DNA of 62,989 bases, filler included, from Olpidium bornovanus S191 (Eukaryota; Fungi; Olpidiomycota), in assembly GCA_017911155.1 (NCBI GenBank). It is 30 parts of 30 records of this genome, joined end to end, with 100 filler letters (N's around TTAATTAATTAA, not from the genome) between each part and the next. Parts side by side here need not be neighbours in the genome. Positions count along the whole stretch, not along the records: positions 33,256 to 34,364 come from JAEFCI010011769.1; positions 34,465 to 36,350 come from JAEFCI010001823.1; positions 36,451 to 39,241 come from JAEFCI010002405.1; positions 39,342 to 43,647 come from JAEFCI010011166.1; 26 more parts are not named here. One strand, 5' to 3'. Positions 33,511 to 43,747 of the stretch are shown here, in pieces; position 1 is the first letter of the stretch, and every line of letters begins with the position of its first letter. Position numbers and translations under genes: made by a program. The notes under the pieces were generated by a model. That model ran no database searches, had not been told where the DNA came from, and saw nothing but the letters and a program-made list of their open reading frames with translations.

Positions 33511-33899
33511 TTCCGTGGCGTCAGTCGACGGGCGGTTCGAGGGCCGTGCCACAGCACAGCCCCCCCCTCGTTTTGCGCCCCCCCCCCCTATTAGCCTGAC
33601 TCGCGAAGAACCCCCTTGGCTATTTGCAACCGTCCGATTAGTAAAATAAACAAAACATACCGGCTGTGCGCATTTTTCCCGGAGGACGGCTCGCGACTGC
33701 GACTCCCACGGCGGAGGCCGGCAGTTCCTTGGGTCCAGTACGGGTAAGAACGCGGAAGGCGGCGTAAACTGAGCTTTCTTTGGAGGCTTCTTCGAGCCCT
33801 CCTTCCAAGGTCCCTTCGAACTTTTCTCGGTACGGGCATAGACGACGACGGGAGGGGCCAGCCGACACCGCCGGACGTCTTGCAGCAAGAGCCCCCGCT

Positions 33900-34130
33900 G
33901 TCCCTGTTTTCTCCCTCCTTTTTCTCGAAGTCGGGCCCTTTTAGGTCGACACCGGCAAGCGCGCCCGGATCTAGTTTTTTTGGCTTGCTAGGGCAAGCGA
34001 CAGCAATATGCCCTGGTTGCTTGCAATACAAGCAAGCTTCCATTTTTTGCAACTCGGCTTGCTCTTTCTTCTTAGACGACGCCTCGGCCGATGCATCTTT
34101 GCTTCTCTCATAGCTTCCCGGAGGCTTTAG
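33900..34130 (-). mobile_element. CCHC zinc-knuckle segment, probably retrotransposon gag remnant
   Basis: KKKEQAELQKMEACLYCKQPGHIAVAC gives C-x2-C-x4-H-x4-C at 34034-33993, preceded by a charged helix as in gypsy gag. An in-frame TAG lies shortly upstream, so a spliced cellular knuckle protein is not excluded. Confidence 0.5.
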
Positions 34131-34513
34131 CTACTTTTTCGTGACGAGGGCGGTTCTCAGTAATGCTAAGCTTCTCTTGGAACATAATATCATCGTTTTT
34201 TTTGTCGGCCTCACATATAGCAGTGCCAAAGTCGCGTGTCTTCATTGTTGGACAGTATAGTTGGAACCCCTGAATGTTTACAATAGTTTATTCCTCCTTC
34301 CTTTAATAAACGCGAACGCGTCTGCCGCCTTGCCAGGGCACAGACGGCGAAACACATAACTTTCNNNNNNNNNNNNNNNNNNNNNNNNNNNNNNNNNNNN
34401 NNNNNNNNTTAATTAATTAANNNNNNNNNNNNNNNNNNNNNNNNNNNNNNNNNNNNNNNNNNNNGACGCACGGCTCTCTGAGCTCCCAAGTTCCCGGTGG
34501 AATATGACCTTAC

Positions 34514-34549
34514 AGGGCCAATCCCCGGCGGAGCCGTCGACGCGAGCAT
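34514..34549 (-). CDS. possible first exon of an unassigned gene
   Basis: ATG 34549 encodes MLASTAPPGIGP followed by a GTAAGG donor, downstream of a CpG-rich promoter-like region. Confidence 0.3.
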
Positions 34550-35310
34550 GATCCGACTCGTTTTCCGCGTGGCCGAAAAATGCTGCCCGTTTTTTTTGGA
34601 GTTTTGGCAGCGAAAGCCGCGGCGTCGAGAGGAACTTCGGTCGGTTAAGCTGGCGGCAGACGGAACGGCAAGCTGGGAATTATTTTTTTTAAAAAGAAAG
34701 GAGTGGGGAGTGGGGGAGGAGGAAGAGAGAAAGTGTGGTGTGGGGAGAAGGGGAGGAGAGAGTGGGGATTTGGCTGTGGAGGTGGAAAAAAAAAAGAAAA
34801 AATGGGGAAGGAACGCCGGGAAGAGCCGCGCTTGCGCGCTCTGCGTAAAATTTCTTCGCGTGCTAGGTGGGGTGGGGGAGCGGGGGCCGCGCGTCCTGTT
34901 CTTTTTCTTCCGTTTCCCCCGACGCCTTTCGGAGGGGGAGGACGAGGAGGACGGGCAGCAGCGGCGCGCCGCGGTTGCCCCCGTTCGTCGGGCAATGAAA
35001 GGGGGCGGTGGGGCCGCCCGGCCGTTTCAAAGGCGTTTGCGGCGAGGCGCCTCTCTGTCTCTCTCGGACGGCAGGGTCGAATTTTCTTTTTTGTTATTTT
35101 CTCCTCTCTGCCGCCGAACTTCCCCCGGCTCGGCGGTTTGCAGCAGCGCCCTCTTTTACCTCTCTCTCCCCGTGCGTTGGAGGAGAGACGGGGAGTGGTG
35201 GGTTGCCGCGGGCGCGCGCGCGCGCGCGTTATATTGCGCCGTCGCGCCGCGCACGCGTCGAAAGGGGGGCCGGGAAACAACGCGTCCCGGACGGGCCGTT
35301 TCTCGGCGGA

Positions 35311-35329
35311 GTCACGTGACGCGCCAATC
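35311..35329. promoter_or_regulatory. palindromic E-box GTCACGTGAC next to a CCAAT box
   Basis: GTCACGTGACGCGCCAATC lies in a CpG-dense non-coding stretch. The same motif pair is at 7705-7719. Confidence 0.4.
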
Positions 35330-36689
35330 CCGTCAAAGGCGGACCGGCAAACGTACCCACCCGTTCCGCCCACAGCAGCGGTTCCCACGCGCGCCTTTTG
35401 CAGCGTGTTCTCCCCCCCCACCCAACCTCGACCTCCGCGGGTCAGCCAACCGCCTGTATTCGCACGCCGGAAACAGGAAACGGGGCTCCAATTCCGAAAA
35501 CGTTCAGTGCTCTGCCGCGTTTGCGTCGAAAGATCGCGGAGGCGCCCCCGGTTCTGCGGGGCTCCGTTTGCTTCCGCCCATTTCCGCTCGCGAACACCTG
35601 CCGGAGCGCTTGAAGCTTTTCCTGCCGCATCCGACTCGCGTAGAGTGCGCACTGCCGCCCGGCTCGCGTAGAGAATGCGCGCTCTTAACGGCACACCAAC
35701 ACGTAAAAGCGCAAGGTCCTCTGCTTCTAAAGAAACCGGTTTAGGAGCCGCTCGCGGGGCGACGTCATCACCTCCAGCCTCCCCGCGCGCTGTTTCCAGC
35801 TTGCCGCCCGCCCCCCCCCTCCCTCCACCCCTCCCCGGGGCTCGTACCACAGGAGCCCCGCATCACCGTGAGGCTTGCCTGCCACTGTGGATCAAAAACA
35901 CTGAAACCAAAAAACGCAGTAGACCTGTACCAAATCCCGACGTGATGCACATTATTATTGGAGGACACATTGCACCCTCCGAGGGCTTCACAATCGCGCA
36001 CATCAGATGCTTCTGTGATGCCTGGCTGCAGAGTACAAATTATATTTGAATTTACGCATCAAAAAAATTCAAAGAAGAAAACGGTTACTGTAATGGCGAC
36101 GGCACCCGGCCCGTTCCGCAACACACGCACTCAGGCCCGCCGCCCTGCCTCGCGCCCGTCACTCCACCGTGCCTTGCCGTGACCTGCCCTGCCCTGCTCT
36201 GTCTCGCTGCCACCCTGTTCCCAGACAACCATGCGAGTACAAGGAGACATCCTTCTCGGGAGCCACGGAGCTCCAAAGACAGGAAAACGCTTAGTTGGTT
36301 GACTATATCTTTCCGGGTGAGTATCAGGAGAGTAGCTCTGGCACTATCTCNNNNNNNNNNNNNNNNNNNNNNNNNNNNNNNNNNNNNNNNNNNNTTAATT
36401 AATTAANNNNNNNNNNNNNNNNNNNNNNNNNNNNNNNNNNNNNNNNNNNNCATGCTGGCAGCGCAGCCCGTGACACCGGCTCACACAATTGTTACCGAAA
36501 TTTGCTTCCAACAATTTTATCCCAATGTCCCTTCCCATATCACCCTTTTTCCCTTTTCTTTTATTCTTCCTCTTATTTTACAAGGCTACGAGCAAAGGGG
36601 GGTGTTGAGATAGCTCCGTAAAAAGCACAGTGCACTGCGCAGTAAAATAAACAACGCCGCTCTTCCCAAAAAACAAAAGCCGAAACAAC

Positions 36690-37060
36690 AGTTGCTTCTT
36701 TGCGCAGTGATGCCTGCAGTGCCCTTATAAGCCACTTGGTCTTGTCAAAGAAGTGCGCTTGCTCCCTCTTGTCCAGCTGTTCAAACTCGCAGTTGAACTC
36801 ACGGAGAATTGTCTCGGGGTCGACAGAGTCCTTTTTCTCACGCCACACCCATTCTGCAAACTGCTTGGCTGTCACGCGTGTATCATCGGGCGTGCTGAAG
36901 GCCTCCCTCAAGCACTCTTTTCTCCCTGCCACGTGTCTGCCAGGGCCGTGGCCTTTGCCACCTTTACCGAACAATTCTTGTGGACGGTCAACTTAAAGCA
37001 CGTCATCAGTTCCACATTGGACAGCTCCCACTGGCGGACTGTACGCGACAAGGCAGTTGG
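36690..37060 (-). mobile_element. degenerate Ty3/gypsy-type gag fragment
   Basis: Two frames join at one frameshift (near 36915) to give ALADTWQGEK/LREAFSTPDDTRVTAKQFAEWVWREKKDSVDPETILREFNCEFEQLDKREQAHFFDKTKWLIRAL. This resembles the W..F...L.E.Y....RVT...F.EWV...LREFE..F.QL pattern I recall from gypsy gag. Confidence 0.5.
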
Positions 37061-38750
37061 AGCGGCAGAAGGATCAGGGCGGCAAAACTCCGTGCTGAGA
37101 ACGAAAAGGAAAATCCGTGCAGGGTCAGCGGTCACAAAACGAGCACGCGCTAAGTACCACGTCTCTGGACGGAACGCTCGTTGGCCGGAATCCGTACTCC
37201 CACCCCCTTCTTCCCCTCCTCTTGCACATACCGCTGCAGAAAGCCATCCGTCCCTCCAGCCGGTCATCGGACCGAGCATTTCGGCACGCTGGAGAACCCT
37301 TCGAACAGGGGCAACGCCTGTGCAAGCACGTCGTCCATCAGCGGCAGAGCCCGTCGGCAGATCCGCTGCCGCCAATTTTGATGTCTTCGTGCTTTTCAGG
37401 CGCACGCTCTGACAGCAGGTCCACGAGTGTTGGATGTTCTTGCGCGACGGCTACGGACGCCGCATTTGGACCCTGCGGCGCTCCGTACAGAATTGGGCGC
37501 CCCTCTGCGACAACGCGGCGAAAGCGCAGCCGCGCGGCCCGCTTCTCTCCGGTCCCGCCTTGTACGGGCATAGCCCCCTCGTACCGGGATCCCCCCTGTT
37601 TCGCGTTCCATGCGCGGTATGCCTTTTCTTTCTGCCTCGTGCTTTGGCCGAGGACCAGCAGCCGAAGTTACCCAGAGATACGTTTGAGGTACGGGCGCGA
37701 CAGCGCACAGTGTCTTTCTCCGCAAAAGGCCGTGATGTCTCGTGCTTTCAAAGTCCGCAGCGGGCGCTCCCGTCCAAACGCTTTATTTCGGAATCCGCCG
37801 CAGATTTGTGGGGGCGGGCAGCGGGGGGAACGTGGGAGCGCGTGATGACGCAGGCGAACACGCCCAAAATTTGTCAGGGCGACGCGTGATTGGACGCCGT
37901 GCGGCAAATAATAAGCATGCACGTGCGCCTAACCTGCACGGCCACCCGCATCCGCGCGGAGAAGAGCACGACGCGCGCGCTGCTTGGCCTGCATCGCAGA
38001 GCTCGACGTGCGCGGCACTCGGCGTGCAGCGCGGAGAGGCGCTCGGCGCGCGGCAGCTCGGCAGCTCGGCGCAGAGAAGAGCTTGGTATGCGGTACACGG
38101 CGCGCAGCAGATCGGCACAGAGGCGGGAGGGGCAGAGCGACGCGTCAAACAGTATTAAGCCGCCGTGCAGGAGAGGTCAGTGCTGCGAGGAGCACGGTTG
38201 ACCATTACTCCACTGGCACGGAATTGCGGAACGGCGGCACGGAACGACCGCGCGGGACCGCAGAATGGTGGGACCGTGGAGCACAGCGAGGTTGGTGCGG
38301 GGTGGCGGCGTGGCGGCGCCGCGTAGTGGTTACCTTCCGGGGTGGCTCACTCCCGACGGCGAAGGAAAGAAAATCCTGCGGTGAATTCTGCCTGCCGCGA
38401 ATAAGGAACCTTGCGGCAAATCCTGCAGAAAACCCTGCAAAAAATTCCCCGAGTTGGGTGGGAATACGCCTCTCGCGCACGCGCGCCTGCGTGTTTACCC
38501 AGCCCTGCAACATTCTCCGGACGAAACCGTACGCGTTTATCCATCCATACTGCACCAATTTCCCGAAAACTCTACACCCGCGATCCAAATTATGACAGCG
38601 CGCGAACAAGTTTTCAAGTGGTACGAGATCACAAACGACGAGTATGATCCGAGCCGCCTAAGCAAACACATCAACATGTGCTGCCCTCAGCTCACAAAAA
38701 GGACAATGCAAGGATACGGAGACTATCCAAGACGGCCTAAGCAAAGAGTC

Positions 38751-39114
38751 TTGCAGATATGCTGTTGATGAAGCCTTTCTCACGAACCCTCTTCGCCATT
38801 ATCTGTGTGCGCCGTGACATTTGTTCTAACGCCAAATATGCGACTGCAGTGGAACTGTCGCGACAATCGAATGGACAAATAGTAGTCCAAGCGAATCCGT
38901 CATCAGAACTAATTGGACAAGGTCAAAACTTGCAGATATTCTGTTGATGAAGCCTTTCTCACGGACCCTGTTCGCCATTTTCTGTGTGCGCCGTGACATT
39001 TGTTCTAACGCCAAATATGCGACTGCAGTGGAACTGTCGCGACAATCGAAAGGTCAGAAAGTAGTCCAAGCGAATCCGTCATCAAAATTAATCGGACAAG
39101 GTCAAATCCTGCAG
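38751..39114. repeat. 179-bp tandem duplication (2 copies)
   Basis: Units 38751-38929 and 38930-39108 differ at 12 of 179 positions by hand alignment. Confidence 0.95.
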
Positions 39115-39385
39115 GTTCTGGTAAAGAGTTTCTGCGAGACTCTTTCACTTTTTCCCACGTAGCACTGAACTCTTCCACGCCACGCGCAACGACGACAAAT
39201 TTGCGGCTTTCGTATATTCGTTTATCTTTTGTTGTTTTTCANNNNNNNNNNNNNNNNNNNNNNNNNNNNNNNNNNNNNNNNNNNNTTAATTAATTAANNN
39301 NNNNNNNNNNNNNNNNNNNNNNNNNNNNNNNNNNNNNNNNNCCCTTCTTCCCCCCCCCCGGCACACGCCCCGGTCGGCTCGTTCG

Positions 39386-39968
39386 GACGGACGGTTCAGT
39401 CAGGCAAAACTTGACGTCGAAGGAACGCCCGGACGACGTAACCGAACTTGGGTGAGGGGCGGGGCCGCGGGGGGGGGGGGGTGGGGGGGGGGGGGGGGGG
39501 GGGAAGGGGGGGCGGCGGCGGGCGGGGAGAGTTGGCGAGCGCAGCGCGGAGTTTCCGCGAGTGTTCCGCGTCTGTCTCATCTGACGCGCGCGTGGCCTTT
39601 CCCCTAAAACAAGAGGGGGGGGGGAACGAAAACCGCCCGACGTTGCTAATCCTTTTACGCCTTGCCCCCCCCCCCCTTCCACCCAGTTCACCAGCGGCCT
39701 GTGGTCCGTCGCCGAAGTATTGGCCATGTGGACGGTGGGCTTGGTCGACGTCACGGTCGCGATAGGGCTGTTCTCGCTGATCTTCCAGCTCAACACGCTG
39801 GCGATGCTCGCGTTCCAAGGGTCGAAGGCGATCGTTCACAAGTACTCCTCGGCGAGGCTCCCCGCGACGGTCGACTTGTCGTTGCAGATGCGCACGCGCG
39901 CTTCGGCGCCCGAACCGGAGACCAGGTTCTCAGACCGTCAGGTCAACCGCTGGCAGGAGAACGCATAA
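39386..39968 (+). CDS. hypothetical membrane protein, C-terminal exons
   Basis: The last exon, after a CAG acceptor, encodes FTSGLWSVAEVLAMWTVGLVDVTVAIGLFSLIFQLNTLAMLAFQGSK...WQENA* with two hydrophobic helices and high GC3. The 5' boundary is approximate. Confidence 0.45.
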
Positions 39969-40088
39969 GCGGGCGCGGGGCGGGCGGACTCGGCGGGTGG
40001 TGGGAGAATAACGGGGAAGGGGGCAAAAAAACCCCCCTCCCCCTTCTCCCCGTTTTTTTTTTTTTGGTCTCCGGCCAGACCCCATCGA

Positions 40089-40930
40089 TGTTGGCCCTCG
40101 GAGCAAGTGTCTCGCTCGGGGGGGGACGTAGAGGGAAGATCGGGGGAAGAAAGGGAGAGTGAGGAAGGGCGGCTCCCCGCCGCCTTATGCCGCAACGCAA
40201 CGGCCGGCCCCGGGAGACGGAGACGGAGGCGGAGGGCGCACGAGCGTCGGATACAGGACTCCATTCATCGGCGCAGAACCTGGCCTTTATGATATGGGCT
40301 CCCTAGCGAGCGCACCGGGGGCGATAGCGCCGCGTCGTCCCGGGGCGCGGTGCGCGCGTGGCCGGTCAAAGGGGCTTTCTCCCTTTATTTTTCTACATCC
40401 TCCCTCATCGCGTGCACCTAACCCCCCGTGGTCACCTCGCAGATTCCTCGCCGCCTTGCCACTCAGAGCGGCTCGGCGGGGGTTTCTGCATTCCCAACGC
40501 CCCAACCTGAACTTGGCAAACTTGATTATCCTAAACGGCTTTGTCAGTATGTCCGCAGGGTTCTCGTCCACAGGAGCACGGCGGATGTCTGTGATTCCTT
40601 CGGCCGCGCAGCATTTCGGGATTGTAAATGTCCTTAGATTGTTTCGATGCCTTGAGCCAGAAGCCAACCCCGACGGCACCTGCATTTGTCTATCATGAGG
40701 GGAGTCGCGGCAACCGTGCCGATCGGGGTCGAGATATCTCGGAATTATGCGTAACTGGCGCGGATTTCCCGGGCTGCTGCAGACCCCGAGAAGAACTCCG
40801 CTTTGCAGGCTGATGTGGCGACGCAAGCTCGACGCGTAACTCTCCAGGAGATCGGGCCGCCCTCACACAGCAGAGCGAATCCCATCGTTGATGCGCACGT
40901 CTAACGACGTCCGGCACAATCCGCGTCACA
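40089..40930 (-). mobile_element. Ty1/copia 3' end: decayed RNase H, polypurine tract and candidate 3' LTR
   Basis: CDADCAG..STMGFALLCEGGPISW..ATSACKAEF and DENPADILTKP are copia RNase H motifs, interrupted by stops and frameshifts. PPT GAGGGAGGA (40406-40398) directly precedes TGTAG at 40397. The candidate LTR ends CAACA at 40089 (309 bp). Confidence 0.8.
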
Positions 40931-41107
40931 ACATGTCGCGGTAAGGTTAAGGTCGTGCTTACCGGCTCCCGGCCCCCTTTAGCACAATGCTGAGGAAAAA
41001 GGGCCCATGCTCAGGGCATTTGGGACACTAGAGGCGTTGGGAATTTTGGCACGCTTAAGGTGTTGGTATTTTTGGGATGTGTAAAAACCGCATGTGGGTG
41101 ATTTTAA

Positions 41108-41400
41108 GTCAGATTCTGCGTCTAAATATTCGTCGGATTCTGTGTCGAATTCTGCGTCGGATTCTGCGCATGAATCTGCGTCAGATTCCGCGTTTGAATT
41201 GGCGTCTAATTCTGCGTCTGAATCCCGCGCCGGAGTGCTGGATGCTATGTCATAATTCGCATCAAATTCTGCATGGTACTTTTATTTCTAAAATCTGCAT
41301 TGGATTTATGTTTCTGAATGCTGATCAGTTTCTTGCATGAGCTTCTGCATCGGATTTCTACGTCTATGTCAATTCTACGTGGGAATCTTTGTCAGAATTT
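41108..41400. repeat. degenerate 12-bp minisatellite (consensus about GATTCTGCGTCA)
   Basis: Units such as GATTCTGCGTCT, GATTCTGTGTCG, AATTCTGCGTCG and GAATCTGCGTCA read SDSA.. on the plus strand and DAES.. on the minus strand. Confidence 0.85.
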
Positions 41401-41559
41401 GCTTCTAACTATCTATTGAAGTCTGCCTCCAAAATCTCCCTGCCTCTGCTTTGGATTTCTGGTTCATGCCTTCATCCCGTCATTCGAATCTGTAAGTGCG
41501 TTTAACAATATATAATACCTTATTCGTAACAAAAGAATGTTTTAAAGGTGAGTCCGTGA

Positions 41560-42740
41560 GTCCTCAACCGGCAAACTGGGCCGGGCTCCATAAAAACGTT
41601 GAAAGGGCGCGTAGCCGGTGGCCAGCGGACCGTAATTCTATGAACACGAGGTGCCAAAGGTAGTAAGCAAGTCAACTCAATCTTTGCGACAAAATTCAGC
41701 GATTCTACCAGTGCCCCAGATGAGGGCTTGATGTCCTCGCTCGACGTTCCCCGTCAGCCGCAAGGGTCATAAGCGACCGTGATGCGTAGTTTGACGCCGA
41801 ACCGCGCAAGCATCGACCGAACTTTGGCCGCGTTGAGCTCGCTGTGGTTGGCTCTTAAATGACGAGTCAGTCAATATCGACGCAAAATCGCTTCGAGAAA
41901 ACCCCCCCCCCCCCGAGTGATCCCGGGGGAGATCTTTGTACGCAGGGGCCCGCTTTTTGACGAAATTTGGGGAGCCACGGCAAAAGACGCGACAACGACG
42001 CGGGAGAGAAAATCAACGAGCGCGGGGACCAGGCAATGGAGAATTCTAAGCGCTGCGGGGTGATAATTCGGCCTGAGCACTCCATATTTCGGGTGCTGCA
42101 CGCGTTACTTCTCTCCCTCCATTGGAGCTCGGGTTGACGAGTCCCTTTTCTTTAATACCCGATTCTATGGAGGGGAAAACCCGACACCTTCCCCCCCCTC
42201 GTTCCCCTAGAGGTCCCCTCTCCCCTACGAACTCCCGTTCCCACGCGCAACGCGCGAAAACCCTACCGACCTCGACATCGAACCCTAAAAGCGGTTTGCC
42301 AAGCCCGTGCTCGTTTCCCGCCCTTCGTTGCCGTTGTTACTTCTCGTCCGACCGCTGTCAGAGAGAAAGAGAGAGGGGAAAAAAAGGAATAGACTACCCC
42401 TTTTCGAAGTGGCGGGAGAATTTGTCCTAACAGTCTGCAGTTGAACGCAAGGTCCCGCGGTCTGGACTACTGCTACACACATGGTTTCGCAGAAGGACCA
42501 TTTTTCCTCCAATAACGAGGGGGCTCAGCCCGACAGGATTTGATGGTCGGCGGACAAGCGGGATGAAGCTCTTCAAAATGCCTAGTTTTTGCGAAGGCTT
42601 GGCAGACGGCACACGAGCGAACAAAATCCCGTACCTATCGAAACTGGCCGCCAATGCCTTTCTCGTAACTTCTGGCAGGTTCGCGCCACCCCGGTGTGAA
42701 CGACCGTTTGGCACTCATGTTTTGCTCGATAATGCGCACT
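41560..42740 (-). mobile_element. decayed Ty3/gypsy integrase split by an insertion of about 500 bp
   Basis: The HHCC zinc domain HECQTVVHTGVARTCQKLRERHW/VRDFVRSCAVCQAFAKTRHFEELHP lies at about 42720-42555. The core FLEAILRRY*..ELNAAKVRSMLARFGVKLRITVAYDP/VERGHQAL..TGYAPFQRFYGARPSLPVE lies at about 41900-41560. Multiple stops and frameshifts. Confidence 0.8.
41937..42432. mobile_element. candidate solo LTR nested in the gypsy integrase
   Basis: A 496-bp non-coding segment with TGT...ACA termini separates the two integrase halves. The flanking 5-mers (CAGAC/AAGAT on the minus strand) are only a partial target-site duplication. Confidence 0.35.
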
Positions 42741-43747
42741 CTGTCGTTAGAACGCCAAATGGCCGCCGCCGAGGGTAGGTCGTTGCCTGCGTCGGGCCGT
42801 CGCCACAGCAGGCCCTGCCCGCAGGGCTGTTGCGGCGCGCCCGTATCGCCGAGTTTTATTTTCTTCGATCGCGAGGGGGCGGGGTGGGGGGGTTTGTGCG
42901 GGGTTTTGGAGCGAGTGCGCATCGATGACAGACGGCTACAAGCCCGCCCCTTTATTTGACGGTTGCGCGCTATTTAAAAAAAAAAAAATCAAACCTCGTC
43001 GACCGCACCGCCAAGCCTTTTTTGCGTGAATCGCACTGACACGGTTTGCTACTTGCCGGGACGTGACCGTGCCGCCGGAACCCTGCAGAACCTAAAGCGC
43101 CGCGATGTTAGGGTTTAGGGCTTGGCCTAGGCTTGGGCAAAGGGAATAGTAGGCTGCTTCAGAATATATGCAAATTTTTTCCCCACCGGAATTCCAGCGG
43201 GTTCGGGCCGGGAAAAGGGGAGGGGGGAGGGAAGGAGGGTGGGGGGTGTTACGCGGGGGAAGGGGGGGGGGATTGCTGTTTTCAACTCTCCGTTTGGCAA
43301 CATCCGTCCTGCCGTCCTGCCCTTCTGCGCGTAATTGGACGTCGGGGGGTGTGGCGGGAGGGGGCGGCGGGGTGAGCGTGACGTCTGTTGTATGGGATGC
43401 TCCGTGCCGCAGATTCCGCAAAAAAATATCTTCCAGATCCGGCAAAAAAAAAATCTTACTTCGAATCACCGCAAATCCCGGCAAAACAAAAAAAAAAAAA
43501 AAAAAAAAAAAGAAAAAGCGCCGACCCCGAGAATCCCACCCCACACCCCACTTCTTTCCCTTGCGGTGGAGTGAGGAGGGAAACGGGACTTTTTGTCTGT
43601 GTTGCGTACTAAAGCAAAAACGACGCGTTTCTTTTCTTTATGTTCTCNNNNNNNNNNNNNNNNNNNNNNNNNNNNNNNNNNNNNNNNNNNNTTAATTAAT
43701 TAANNNNNNNNNNNNNNNNNNNNNNNNNNNNNNNNNNNNNNNNNNNN

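Noticed and set aside
33530-33555. GGTTCGA as a tRNA T-loop
   Set aside because: The flanking bases do not form a T-stem and no cloverleaf can be drawn.
34550-36350. Long ORFs of 320-415 aa on both strands
   Set aside because: Their composition reflects GC-rich promoter-like and purine-tract DNA, with no codon bias or motifs.
43108-43120. TTAGGG/TTTAGGG as telomere sequence
   Set aside because: Only two units, internal to the contig; expected by chance.
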